Program-made: the position numbers and the translations under genes
Shown here: positions 17,758 through 28,071 of the stretch, piece by piece
Layout of the letters: each line of letters begins with the position of its first letter
How positions within the stretch are numbered: position 1 is the first letter of the stretch
Assembly: GCA_045605685.1 (NCBI GenBank)
Contig: JAZUQL010000085.1
Span: 68,018 to 132,017, forward strand
Length of the DNA stretch: 64,000 nucleotides
Origin: Lachnospiraceae bacterium
GTDB lineage: Bacteria; Bacillota; Clostridia; Lachnospirales; Lachnospiraceae
Direction: 5' to 3'
Notes under the pieces: model-generated
The model's input: only the letters and a program-made list of their open reading frames with translations
The model's database searches: none
Told to the model about the DNA's origin: nothing

Positions 17758-18442
17758 TGCATTGCGCTCGTGGGAAGAACTTCCGGCATTTATGCGGATA
17801 GAAGAAGTTAGACCATATTATGAGTATTTACGAAAGAAAAAAGCTACATTGGTGATAAAAAGAGCAATGGATTTTGTGTTGGCAGTAATCCTGCTGATTC
17901 TGTTATCTCCGGTGTTTGTGATATTGGCAATATGGATTAAAAAAGATAGCAAAGGACCTGTATTTTACAGACAGATACGATTGACCCAATATGGAAGAAA
18001 ATTTCATATTTTTAAGTTTCGGACTATGGTGCAAAATGCGGATAAAATAGGAACGCAGGTTACAGTGGGGAATGATAGCCGCATCACAAAAGTTGGAGAG
18101 AAGATTCGTAAGTATCGACTGGATGAGTTACCACAATTAATCAATGTATTGCTTGGAGATATGAGTTTTGTGGGAACAAGGCCGGAAGTGGAGAAGTATG
18201 TTAAAATGTATCAAAAGCATATGCTTGCAACCTTATTGTTGCCTGCCGGAATAACGAGTACGGCAAGTTTGGTTTATAAAGATGAGGGGAGAATATTAGA
18301 AACAGCAACAGATGTAGATAAAGCGTATGCCAAAATTGTTCTCCCGCAGAAAATGAAATATAATCTGGATTATCTGGCAAAATTTTCAATCTGGAATGAT
18401 ATAAAAATTTGCTTAAAGACAGTGTTTGTCGTGTTGAAATAG
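17750..18442 (+). CDS. Small monotopic polyprenyl-phosphate sugar-phosphate transferase (PglC/WcfS-like initiating PGT)
   Basis: KRAMDFVLA.., FKFRTM, DELPQLINVLLGDMSFVGTRPE signature. Confidence 0.85.
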   Translation: MNNALRSWEELPAFMRIEEVRPYYEYLRKKKATLVIKRAMDFVLAVILLILLSPVFVILAIWIKKDSKGPVFYRQIRLTQYGRKFHIFKFRTMVQNADKIGTQVTVGNDSRITKVGEKIRKYRLDELPQLINVLLGDMSFVGTRPEVEKYVKMYQKHMLATLLLPAGITSTASLVYKDEGRILETATDVDKAYAKIVLPQKMKYNLDYLAKFSIWNDIKICLKTVFVVLK

Positions 18443-18453
18443 GTGAGGTTTAT

Positions 18454-19269
18454 ATGAAATTTAGCGTCTTAATGTCATTATATATCAAAGAAAAACCACA
18501 AAACTTACGGGAATGTATGGAGAGTCTGCTTCAGCAGACTCTTTTGCCGGATGAAATTGTCATTGTTGAAGATGGACCTCTTACAGATGAATTAGAGCAG
18601 ATTTTAACAGAGTACAAAGAAAAATCCGCAGTTCCGGTTGTTTGTGTTCCATTGCCGGAAAACAAAGGATTAGGTCTTGCGCTTGCACACGGGGTGGTGC
18701 ACTGTAAGTATCCTTTGATCGCAAGAATGGACACAGATGATATATCGGTGCCGAATCGGTTTGAATTGCAGATGAAAGAGTTTGATAAGGACCCGACACT
18801 AGATGTGCTGGGAGGCTATATTGCAGAATTTACGACCACGCCAAAGGAACTTGAATCAGTAAGAGAAGTACCACTCAATCAGAAGGATATCTATCAGTAT
18901 CAGAGGAAAAGGGATGCACTGAATCACGTAACCGTAATGTTCAAAAAAGAGTCTGTTTTAAAAGCGGGAAATTACAAGGATGCACTTTTGATGGAAGATT
19001 CACTGCTTTGGGCGAATATGATACGGGTTCATGCACGCATGAAGAATATAGAAGATATACTTGTGTATGTAAGAACCGGAGAGGATATGTTAAAGCGTCG
19101 TGGCGGTTTGGAGTATTTCAAAAAATATAAAAGAGGTCGTAAACAAATTTTAAGGACAGGCACAATTAGCGGATGGGATTATTTTTTTACGGTAAGTGTT
19201 CAGTTTGTCGTATGTATTGTTCCACTTCCGGTCCGTCGTTTTGTTTTTAATAAATTGTTAAGAAAGTAA
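18454..19269 (+). CDS. Family 2 glycosyltransferase
   Basis: FSVLMSLY.., IVIVEDGP, DxD-like RMDTDD. ATG 18454 follows a GGTGAGG RBS. Confidence 0.8.
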   Translation: MKFSVLMSLYIKEKPQNLRECMESLLQQTLLPDEIVIVEDGPLTDELEQILTEYKEKSAVPVVCVPLPENKGLGLALAHGVVHCKYPLIARMDTDDISVPNRFELQMKEFDKDPTLDVLGGYIAEFTTTPKELESVREVPLNQKDIYQYQRKRDALNHVTVMFKKESVLKAGNYKDALLMEDSLLWANMIRVHARMKNIEDILVYVRTGEDMLKRRGGLEYFKKYKRGRKQILRTGTISGWDYFFTVSVQFVVCIVPLPVRRFVFNKLLRK

Positions 19270-19347
19270 TTGCTTTTCAAAAGATTTAGAGTATGGTAAA
19301 ATATGATGATGTGATGAATTAATATGCAATGCGTGGGAGGGAGAACT

Positions 19348-21072
19348 ATGAATTACAAACAGGAATATCAGAAATGGTGCACAGATGCATATTTTGATGA
19401 AGATACAAAGAGAGAATTAAAAGCGATAGCAGACAATGAAGCTGAGATAGAAGACCGTTTCTATCGTACTTTGGAATTTGGAACAGCCGGATTAAGAGGT
19501 GTTATTGGTGCAGGAACAAATCGTATGAATATTTATACGGTACGTCAGGCAACACAGGGATTAGCAAATTATATTATTGCGAATAATGGACAGAATAAAG
19601 GTGTTGCAATTGCGTATGATTCCAGACATATGTCACCGGAATTTGCAGATGCTGCGGCATTGTGCCTTGCAGGAAATGGTATAAAGGCATATGTTTTTCC
19701 AAGTTTAAGACCGACTCCTGAATTATCCTTTGCAGTACGTAAACTCGGTTGTATTTCAGGGATTGTAATTACAGCAAGTCATAATCCGAGTGAGTATAAC
19801 GGATATAAAGTATACTGGGAAGATGGTGCACAGATTACACCACCCCATGATAAAAATATTATGGCGGAAGTGGCGAAAGTGACTTCTTTTGATTCCGTAA
19901 AGAATATGGAGAAGGAGCAGGCACTCCGGGAAGGGCTTTATTGTGTTATTGGAGAAGAGATTGATGAAGCATACTTTGAGGAATTGAGAAAACAGTCTAT
20001 TCACCCGGAGATTATCAAACAGGTTGCGAAAGAACTTAAGATTGTTTATACACCGTTGCATGGGACAGGTTTGGAATCTGTACAAAGAGTATTAAAAGAT
20101 TTGGGCTTTGAAGAAGTTTATATCCAGCCGGAACAGGCAATTGCGGATGGAGATTTTCCAACCGTGCCGTATCCGAATCCGGAAGATCCGAAAGCTTGGG
20201 AACTTGCATTACAACTTGCGAAAGAAAAAGATGCAGATTTAGTCTTAGCAACAGACCCGGATGCAGACAGACTGGGCGTCTATTGTAAAGATACGAAGAC
20301 AGGCGAATATATAAGTTTCACGGGTAACATGTCAGGAATGTTGATTGCAGAATACATTCTGAGTGAGAAGACCAAGAATCAGACAATGCCAGAGAATCCG
20401 GCACTAATTGAAACCATTGTAACAACGGATATGGCAAAAGCGATTGCAGAAGCATACAATGTGAAATTAATCGAAGTTTTAACTGGATTTAAGTATATTG
20501 GAGAACAAATTAAACTTTTTGAAGAAACCGGATGTAACAATTATGTATTTGGTTTAGAAGAAAGTTATGGATGTCTTCCGGGAACTTATGCAAGAGATAA
20601 GGATGCACCTGCAGCAGTTACGATGCTCTGTGAGGTTGCAGCGTATTACAAAGCGCAGAATAAGACATTGTGGGATGCAATGCTTGAAATTTACGAAAAA
20701 TATGGTTATTATAAGGAAGGTCTTGCGACTTTGACACTGAAAGGTATTGAAGGAGCAGCACAGATTAATACCATTATGAGTAATGCACGCGAAAACGCAC
20801 CAAAGAAGATTGGAAGATTCGAAGTTTTGGCAGTTCGCGATTATAAAAATGATACAAGAGTGGATATGAAGACGGGAACGGTAAGTAAGACGTCGTTACC
20901 GGAATCTAATGTATTGTATTATGAATTAGAGAATAACGCATGGTGTTGTGTAAGACCATCCGGAACAGAACCAAAGATTAAGTTTTATGTCGGAGTAAAA
21001 GGCGTATCATTGGAAGATGCAACAGAACAACTGGAAGAATTAAAGGCAGCAGTGTTAGAGATTTTTAAATAA
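19348..21072 (+). CDS. Alpha-phosphoglucomutase/phosphomannomutase (PgcA-like)
   Basis: Active-site TASHNPSEYNGYK, Mg site ATDPDADR. Confidence 0.85.
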   Translation: MNYKQEYQKWCTDAYFDEDTKRELKAIADNEAEIEDRFYRTLEFGTAGLRGVIGAGTNRMNIYTVRQATQGLANYIIANNGQNKGVAIAYDSRHMSPEFADAAALCLAGNGIKAYVFPSLRPTPELSFAVRKLGCISGIVITASHNPSEYNGYKVYWEDGAQITPPHDKNIMAEVAKVTSFDSVKNMEKEQALREGLYCVIGEEIDEAYFEELRKQSIHPEIIKQVAKELKIVYTPLHGTGLESVQRVLKDLGFEEVYIQPEQAIADGDFPTVPYPNPEDPKAWELALQLAKEKDADLVLATDPDADRLGVYCKDTKTGEYISFTGNMSGMLIAEYILSEKTKNQTMPENPALIETIVTTDMAKAIAEAYNVKLIEVLTGFKYIGEQIKLFEETGCNNYVFGLEESYGCLPGTYARDKDAPAAVTMLCEVAAYYKAQNKTLWDAMLEIYEKYGYYKEGLATLTLKGIEGAAQINTIMSNARENAPKKIGRFEVLAVRDYKNDTRVDMKTGTVSKTSLPESNVLYYELENNAWCCVRPSGTEPKIKFYVGVKGVSLEDATEQLEELKAAVLEIFK

Positions 21073-21085
21073 AGGAACGAAATCT

Positions 21086-21286
21086 ATGATGAAAGTATAC
21101 ATTTGTTCTGCATGCGGTTGGATACGACTGGTATCTCGTCGAAAAGACGTAGAATGCCATAAGTGCGGTCAGACGCAGATGCGGCTAACAAATATAGATT
21201 TGAACAAATACACAAACATGACGGAAGAGGAACGCCAGGGATATTCGGAAGCATGGCTCTATATACATAACAGACAAAAGGGATAA
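21086..21286 (+). CDS. Small zinc-ribbon protein, unknown function
   Basis: CSACG..(15)..CHKCG. Tightly packed between pgm and the LCP gene. Confidence 0.5.
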   Translation: MMKVYICSACGWIRLVSRRKDVECHKCGQTQMRLTNIDLNKYTNMTEEERQGYSEAWLYIHNRQKG

Positions 21287-21290
21287 TATT

Positions 21291-22436
21291 ATGTCAAAGA
21301 ACAAGAATACAAAGAAGAATAATAGAAGAAAAAAGAAACGTAGTTTTATAGCGAAGATAATACTTGTTATATTTGAAATATTACTGCTTGCAGTTCTAGG
21401 TATTGGTGCATATGCCGTAACAGTTCTGAACAAAATTACAGTCGAAGAGATGACAACGGAAGAGGCTGGAATTAATACAGACTTAGAATCCGAGACAATC
21501 GAAACGTTGGAAGGATATACCAATATTGCCTTGTTTGGTTTAGATAACAGGGGAAGTAATCAGTATCAATCAGGAAACAGTGATACAATTATGATTGCAA
21601 GTATTAACAATGCAACCAAAGAAGTAAAGCTTGTATCCGTATACAGAGATACTTACTTAAATGTCGGCAACGGATATTATCGTAAAGCCAATAATGCATA
21701 TGCAACAGGTGGAGCCAAGGGGGCAGTTCAGATGCTGAATTCAAACCTTGATTTGGATATTACAGAGTATGTTTGTGTAGACTGGTGTGCAATGGTAGAA
21801 GCAATTGATATTTTAGGTGGTGTTGATATTGAAATCACAAGTGGTGAAGCGAAAGAAATCAACGAATGTATTGTAGAGATTGATCAGGCAACCGGCAAGA
21901 AAACACCAAAAGTAAGCGGCAGCGGATGGAAACATTTAGATGGAACACAGGCGACCGCATATGCCAGAATTCGAAGTCTGGCCGGAGATGACTTTATGAG
22001 AGCATCCCGTCAGAGAATTGTTTTGGAAGCAATGCTAAATAAAGCAAAGACCGCAGATTTGGCAACACTTAATACATTGTGTAATGAGATTATGGGAGAT
22101 ATTACAACGAGTCTGACGTTACCTCAATTGTTAGATGTTGCAAAGAGCGTAGCAGATTATTCTATCGTTGCAACATCCGGTTTCCCATTTGAATTAACAA
22201 CAAGAATGCTTTCAAGTACCGGAAGTACAGTAATACCAATTACACTAGAGACAAATGTTACACAGTTGCATAGCTTCCTATTTGGAAATACATCCTACAC
22301 ACCATCTAAAACTGTTTCAACATTAAGCGGAAACATTGCTAAGAAGACTGGAACAAGTGGAAGTTCATCAACTGTAGATACAGATAAATATAATGACACC
22401 ACAGGTGCCGGTGGAACCGGTCAAGTTGGGGATTAG
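21291..22436 (+). CDS. LCP family ligase, second copy
   Basis: Basic N-terminus, TM, LFGLDNRG..GNSDTIMIASIN, ARIR motif. Confidence 0.85.
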   Translation: MSKNKNTKKNNRRKKKRSFIAKIILVIFEILLLAVLGIGAYAVTVLNKITVEEMTTEEAGINTDLESETIETLEGYTNIALFGLDNRGSNQYQSGNSDTIMIASINNATKEVKLVSVYRDTYLNVGNGYYRKANNAYATGGAKGAVQMLNSNLDLDITEYVCVDWCAMVEAIDILGGVDIEITSGEAKEINECIVEIDQATGKKTPKVSGSGWKHLDGTQATAYARIRSLAGDDFMRASRQRIVLEAMLNKAKTADLATLNTLCNEIMGDITTSLTLPQLLDVAKSVADYSIVATSGFPFELTTRMLSSTGSTVIPITLETNVTQLHSFLFGNTSYTPSKTVSTLSGNIAKKTGTSGSSSTVDTDKYNDTTGAGGTGQVGD

Positions 22437-22502
22437 TAAACGATAGTTATAGACCAATCATCCGGTTGGTCTATTGTCGTATCAAATAAAGGAGACGAAA
22501 GA

Positions 22503-23717
22503 ATGAAAGACCAGACAAGACAAAATATAATAAAAACGAACCAAAAGTATTTGCAAAAATATATAAATGATAATGTAACGATTCCGTCGAAGTTAGAGAA
22601 GCAATTAGACGAGATGGATTGGTCGTATCTTGAATTGATTCACGATAAAGAACAAAAAAGAGGAACTTTTGCACCATTAGAGGCAATGGAATTGAGTGAA
22701 ATAAATGCCAAAAAAGAACAATTTGAAGAAATCGGATTGCAGGCAATTCGAAATGGAAAAGTGGGCGCGATTTTACTTGCCGGAGGTCAGGGAACCCGTC
22801 TGGGATTTGATAAAGCAAAAGGCATGTATAACATAGGCGTGACGAAAGACTTATACATCTTTGAACAATTGATTGAGAATTTGAAAAAAGTAACTACAAA
22901 AGCCAATGCGTGGGTACCATTGTATATTATGACCAGCGAGAAGAATGATCTCCAGACAAGAGAGTTTTTTAAAGAACACAATTACTTTGGGTATCATTCT
23001 GATTATATTAAGTTTTTTATACAGGAGATGGTGCCGGCAGTTGATTTTAATGGAAACGTTCTGATGGAGGCAGAGGATTCGCTTGCAATGTCTCCAAATG
23101 GGAATGGAGGTTGGTTTACTTCCTTGATCAAGGCAGGACTGGACAAAGATTTAAAAGAAAAACAGATTGAATGGTTAAATGTATTTGCAGTAGATAATGT
23201 ATTACAGCAAATTGCGGATCCGGTTTTTGTGGGTGCAACCATAGAATCAGGATGTGTAAGCGGATCGAAAGTAGTTCGCAAAACGGATGCACACGAGAAA
23301 GTTGGAGCAATGTGCTTAGAAGACGGAAAACCTTCAATTATCGAATATTATGAATTAACCCCGGAGATGGCAGAGGCAAGAAACGAAGCAGGATCTCTTT
23401 TATATGGATTTGGTGTAATACTAAATTACATATTTAGAGTGGATAAATTATTTTCCGTTGCAAACAATCGTATGCCATTGCATATTGTAGAGAAGAAGGT
23501 TCCATATTTAAACGAGAAAGGAATACTTGAGAAACCTGAGACACCGAATGCTTACAAATTTGAGACCTTAATATTAGATATGGTATATTTGATGGATGAT
23601 TGTTTGTCGTTTGAAGTTGACAGAGAGAAAGAATTTGCACCGGTAAAAAATGCAAGTGGAGTAGATTCCGTAGAAACAGCAAGAGAATTGTTGAAAAAGA
23701 ATCAGATTGAATTATAG
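22503..23717 (+). CDS. UAP1/QRI1-type (UDPGP family) UDP-N-acetylhexosamine pyrophosphorylase
   Basis: LLAGGQGTRLGFDKAKGMY closely matches the eukaryote-type UAP1 signature LLAGGQGTRLG..PKGMY. Confidence 0.75.
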   Translation: MKDQTRQNIIKTNQKYLQKYINDNVTIPSKLEKQLDEMDWSYLELIHDKEQKRGTFAPLEAMELSEINAKKEQFEEIGLQAIRNGKVGAILLAGGQGTRLGFDKAKGMYNIGVTKDLYIFEQLIENLKKVTTKANAWVPLYIMTSEKNDLQTREFFKEHNYFGYHSDYIKFFIQEMVPAVDFNGNVLMEAEDSLAMSPNGNGGWFTSLIKAGLDKDLKEKQIEWLNVFAVDNVLQQIADPVFVGATIESGCVSGSKVVRKTDAHEKVGAMCLEDGKPSIIEYYELTPEMAEARNEAGSLLYGFGVILNYIFRVDKLFSVANNRMPLHIVEKKVPYLNEKGILEKPETPNAYKFETLILDMVYLMDDCLSFEVDREKEFAPVKNASGVDSVETARELLKKNQIEL

Positions 23718-23730
23718 AAAGAGGCAAACT

Positions 23731-25566
23731 ATGTGTGGAATAGTAGGATATGTTGGAAAACAACAGGCAGCCCCAATACTATTAGAAGGCTTATCAAAAT
23801 TAGAATATCGTGGATATGATTCAGCAGGAATGGCTGTTTATGATGGGAACCGGATTAATATAACAAAGGCAACCGGAAAACTTAAGGTTCTTGATGAATT
23901 AACACATGGTGGAAGTACCATGAGCGGGACATTGGGAATTGGACACACCAGATGGGCAACACATGGGGAACCGTCTGATGTGAATGCACATCCTCATTAT
24001 AATGAAGATGGGTCAATAGCCGTCGTTCATAATGGAATTATAGAGAATTATTTGAAATTAAGAAATTATTTAACAGAAAAAGGATATGTATTCTGTTCGG
24101 AAACCGATACAGAGGTTGTAGCACACCTGTTAGATTATTACTACAATAAGAAGAAAAAACAACCGATTGAAGCGATTTCAAGTGTTATTCACAGAGTAGA
24201 AGGTTCCTATGCATTGGGCATTATATTCGAAGAAGAAGCAGATGTACTTTATTCGGTAAGAAAGGATAGTCCGCTTATCGTAGGGAAGTCGGAACAAGGG
24301 AATCTGATTGCTTCCGATGTACCTGCTGTCCTAAAATATACAAGAGACGTATATTACGTAGAAAATGAAGAGATTGCAAAACTCTCGGATACAGATATCG
24401 AGTTTTACAATGTGGATGGAGAGAGTATCACCAAAGAAGCAAAACATATCGATTGGGATATTAATGCGGCAGAGAAAAACGGATACGAACATTTTATGTT
24501 GAAGGAGATTTATGAGCAGCCGACAGCAGTTCGTGACACAATCAACCCAAGGATAAAAGATGGTACAATCGTAATTGAAGAATTGGGTATGACGGATGAA
24601 GAAATACGTGCAATCCGAAAAATTCACATTGTCGCATGTGGTTCCGCGTATCATACGGGAGTTACGAACAAGTATGTGATGGAAGGTTTGGCAAAGATAC
24701 CGGTTGAGGTGGATTTGGCATCTGAATTCCGTTATCGTAATCCGATATTAGAAGAAGGCGCACTGGTAATTATCATTAGCCAATCCGGAGAGACCGCAGA
24801 CTCGCTTGCGGCACTTAGACTTGCAAAAGAAAAAGGAATATCGACGCTTGGAATTGTAAATGTAGTTGGAAGTTCCATTGCACGGGAAGCAGATAAGGTA
24901 ATGTATACATGGGCAGGACCGGAGATTTCTGTTGCGACTACAAAGGCGTATAGTTGCCAGTTAGTGGCATTATACTTATTAGCACTAAAATTTGCGCATG
25001 TAAGAGGTCAGATTACAGATCAGGAATTGACATCGTATCTTCGCGATATAGAAATGTTACCAAATCAGATAGAAATCTTATTGGGTAATAAAGAAAGAAT
25101 TCAGAAATTTGCCAATCGCTATGTTGCTGCCAAGGATGTATTTTTTATCGGAAGAGGAATTGATTATGCGATATCGTTAGAAGGTTCTTTGAAATTAAAA
25201 GAAATCTCTTATATCCATTCAGAAGCTTATGCAGCAGGAGAATTAAAACACGGAACCATTTCGTTGATTGAGGATGGAACGCTCGTAACTGCAGTTGTGA
25301 CACAGGAAGAATTATACAAAAAAACAATTAGTAATGTGGTCGAGGTAAAAACCAGAGGTGCAGTCGTTCTTGCGATTACTAATGAAGATAATATAGATAT
25401 GGAAAAAACCGCAGATTATGTTATTTATATACCAAAGACAAATGCATATTTTGCAAATTCGTTGGCAATTATTCCGTTACAGATATTTGGATATTACGTG
25501 TCTGTAGGAAGAGGCTTGGATGTGGATAAACCAAGGAATCTTGCGAAATCTGTTACGGTGGAGTAG
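23731..25566 (+). CDS. glmS: Glutamine--fructose-6-phosphate aminotransferase
   Basis: MCGIVGYVG N-terminal nucleophile, two SIS domains, C-terminal ..KSVTVE. Confidence 0.95.
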   Translation: MCGIVGYVGKQQAAPILLEGLSKLEYRGYDSAGMAVYDGNRINITKATGKLKVLDELTHGGSTMSGTLGIGHTRWATHGEPSDVNAHPHYNEDGSIAVVHNGIIENYLKLRNYLTEKGYVFCSETDTEVVAHLLDYYYNKKKKQPIEAISSVIHRVEGSYALGIIFEEEADVLYSVRKDSPLIVGKSEQGNLIASDVPAVLKYTRDVYYVENEEIAKLSDTDIEFYNVDGESITKEAKHIDWDINAAEKNGYEHFMLKEIYEQPTAVRDTINPRIKDGTIVIEELGMTDEEIRAIRKIHIVACGSAYHTGVTNKYVMEGLAKIPVEVDLASEFRYRNPILEEGALVIIISQSGETADSLAALRLAKEKGISTLGIVNVVGSSIAREADKVMYTWAGPEISVATTKAYSCQLVALYLLALKFAHVRGQITDQELTSYLRDIEMLPNQIEILLGNKERIQKFANRYVAAKDVFFIGRGIDYAISLEGSLKLKEISYIHSEAYAAGELKHGTISLIEDGTLVTAVVTQEELYKKTISNVVEVKTRGAVVLAITNEDNIDMEKTADYVIYIPKTNAYFANSLAIIPLQIFGYYVSVGRGLDVDKPRNLAKSVTVE

Positions 25567-25680
25567 TTATTTAAGGAATAATTAATTATTTTCTAAAACT
25601 CAGATAAGAATTCAGTCATAGATTGGACACAAAAGAAAAATAAACTTATCTAAAAAAGGGAAAAGGGAAAAGGGAAACAT

Positions 25681-27099
25681 ATGAATCAACACACAAATCA
25701 ACATACGAATCAGGGACCATACTATGGAATGAACCCGGGGGCGAATATGGGAATGAATCCGGATGCAAATCGCAGTCCCGGTGCGAATGCAGGAATGTAT
25801 TCACATGCAAATCAGAATTGTTATCAACAACCGCAATATCAGAATCAATCAAAGAAACCGAATCCGCCTAAAAAAGTGAAACCACCAAAGAAACCGAATC
25901 ATTTTGGAATCACAATTGGCAAGGTTGCAATATGTGCAGTCATATTTGGCTTGATTGCAGGTGGGATTTTTGCAGGTATCGCACATATAGGGACGAAGAA
26001 TACCTCGGCGACGCGTGTAGAAAAGGATGAGGATAATAACACAGAAACGACGGATGCACAGGTTACATCGATGGTTGTGGCAACAGTAGAATCAAGTGAA
26101 GTGATTGGACATACGCAGACCGGAGAAATGTCCGCGGTTATGGATGTCTCCGCCATTGTAGAGGCTGCGATGCCGTCAATTGTATCGATTGCAACTACGT
26201 ACACCGGTATGTACTCTGGTGAGGGGTGCGGTTCTGGTATTATTGTTGCACAGAATAGTGATTATATTTATATTGTCACGAATAATCATGTGGTTGAAGG
26301 AGCCGACTCATTATCAGTGCAATTTTGCGATGAATCAGTTGTGTCAGGTTCGATTAAAGGGACCTATGCCACTTCTGATTTGGCAGTCGTACAAGTTATG
26401 GTAAGTTCCATTGAGGATGATACACTGGAGTTGATTAAAGTTGCAACGATTGGAGATTCCACGAATTTAAAAGTTGGAGAAGGAGCAATTGCCATTGGTA
26501 ATGCGCTAGGATATGGTCAATCGGTTACAACAGGCGTAATTAGTGCATTGGGAAGAAGTGTAACAGCAGAAGGGTCAAGTCCTTACGAAACCGTTACAAA
26601 CTATAATTTGATTCAGACCGATGCTGCAATTAATCCGGGAAACAGCGGTGGAGCTTTATTAAATATGCGAGGGGAATTAATTGGAATTAATTCCATGAAA
26701 TATTCAGATACCGCCGTAGAAGGAATTGGTTATGCAATTCCAATGGAGGATGCAAAACCGGTTATTGAGCAACTGCTTGCAGGTGAAGACGGAAGCGTTA
26801 TGCAAGGCGGATATTTGGGAATTATCGGTAAAAACGCACAAGATAGTCAAACATCGGATGTAGAGGGCGTTTATGTTGTAGAAGTAACAGCAGATTCTCC
26901 GGCAGAAGATGCAGGCATCAAGAGTGGAGACATTATTATTGGTTTAGACAAAAAAGAAATTACTTCAATGGATAGTTTGAAGAGTGCATTGAATTCTTGT
27001 GTTTCAGGACAGACTGTCACACTGACCATTTTACGAAAGAATGGAACAACAGGTAAGTACACGGAAATGGAAATTGCCGTAATACTGGGAACGTCATAA
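25681..27099 (+). CDS. HtrA/DegP-family serine protease with PDZ domain
   Basis: Q/N/P-rich cytoplasmic tail, TM, triad motifs TNNHVV / SDLAVV / GNSGGAL, C-terminal PDZ. Confidence 0.9.
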   Translation: MNQHTNQHTNQGPYYGMNPGANMGMNPDANRSPGANAGMYSHANQNCYQQPQYQNQSKKPNPPKKVKPPKKPNHFGITIGKVAICAVIFGLIAGGIFAGIAHIGTKNTSATRVEKDEDNNTETTDAQVTSMVVATVESSEVIGHTQTGEMSAVMDVSAIVEAAMPSIVSIATTYTGMYSGEGCGSGIIVAQNSDYIYIVTNNHVVEGADSLSVQFCDESVVSGSIKGTYATSDLAVVQVMVSSIEDDTLELIKVATIGDSTNLKVGEGAIAIGNALGYGQSVTTGVISALGRSVTAEGSSPYETVTNYNLIQTDAAINPGNSGGALLNMRGELIGINSMKYSDTAVEGIGYAIPMEDAKPVIEQLLAGEDGSVMQGGYLGIIGKNAQDSQTSDVEGVYVVEVTADSPAEDAGIKSGDIIIGLDKKEITSMDSLKSALNSCVSGQTVTLTILRKNGTTGKYTEMEIAVILGTS

Positions 27100-27137
27100 G
27101 TGAAAGCGTTGGCGGAGTAATTCTATAGGAGTCATAC

Positions 27138-27527
27138 ATGATAAGGATAAGAAAACTGATACTTCAGTTTGGAAAGTTCGGAGTAGTAGGTATTATCTCC
27201 TTTTTGGTAGATTATGGATTAATGATTTACCTTACCGAAGGGCTGGACGTAGATTATATTATGTCCACAGCATTTTCCTTTATAGTATCAATCGTTATTA
27301 ATTATATACTTAGCATGCGTTTTGTCTTTAAGGGCAAAGAGGGCAGAGGAAAATTAATCGAAGCACTTATTTTTATATTTTTAAGTCTTGTTGGTTTGCT
27401 CTTAAATCAAATGATTATGTTGATCGCAGTAGAATCATTTCATATTCATTATTTGATTGCTAAGATTGGTTCGACAATGTTAGTAACCACATATAATTTT
27501 ATATCAAGAAAAGCATTTTTAGAATAA
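27138..27527 (+). CDS. GtrA-family small membrane protein
   Basis: 129 aa, 4 TM, FGKFGVVG..DY..NY..S..FVF pattern. Confidence 0.8.
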   Translation: MIRIRKLILQFGKFGVVGIISFLVDYGLMIYLTEGLDVDYIMSTAFSFIVSIVINYILSMRFVFKGKEGRGKLIEALIFIFLSLVGLLLNQMIMLIAVESFHIHYLIAKIGSTMLVTTYNFISRKAFLE

Positions 27528-27603
27528 TTCGTAACTGTAAGACCATTGATAACTGTTAGAAAGTAGCAATGGTCTTTCTTGTGAGAAAAGAAAGGTGGAT
27601 TTC

Positions 27604-28065
27604 ATGGAAAAAATAACAAGTTTTACAATCGATCATAATGTTTTGGTTCCCGGATTTTATATATCCAGACAAGATGGTGAGATTATTACATATGATTTGA
27701 GAACGCGCAAACCGAATGCAGGTTTTTATATGGACAATGCCTCGATGCATTCTTTCGAGCATATGTTTGCTACTTTCGTGAGAAATTCGGAGATTTCAAA
27801 GGATGTAATTTATTTTGGACCAATGGGGTGCCAGACAGGATTTTATCTATTGGTAAAAGAAGTTTGTCCGCAAAAAGTATTTGAAATATCAAAAGCTATT
27901 TTACAACAAATATTGGATTACGAAGGCGAAGTATTTGGTGCATCTGCAATAGAGTGTGGTCATTATGAGAATTTATCACTTGAATCAGCAAAGGCGGAAG
28001 CAAAACTTTATTTTGATATTTTAGAGAAGCAAACAAATTTTGATTTTACATATCCGGAGGAATAA
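27604..28065 (+). CDS. luxS: S-ribosylhomocysteine lyase
   Basis: SFTIDH.., metal motif HSFEHMFA, GPMGCQTG. Confidence 0.9.
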   Translation: MEKITSFTIDHNVLVPGFYISRQDGEIITYDLRTRKPNAGFYMDNASMHSFEHMFATFVRNSEISKDVIYFGPMGCQTGFYLLVKEVCPQKVFEISKAILQQILDYEGEVFGASAIECGHYENLSLESAKAEAKLYFDILEKQTNFDFTYPEE

Positions 28066-28071
28066 CATAAG

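Noticed and set aside
23600-23731. Looked for a glmS ribozyme leader
   Set aside because: Only 13 nt separate the upstream stop codon from the glmS ATG, and the preceding sequence is clearly coding. The absence itself is noted in the findings.
25646-25680. gggaaaagggaaaagggaaa micro-repeat upstream of htrA
   Set aside because: It is three short purine-rich units that double as the RBS region. It is too short and isolated to be a repeat element or regulatory array.
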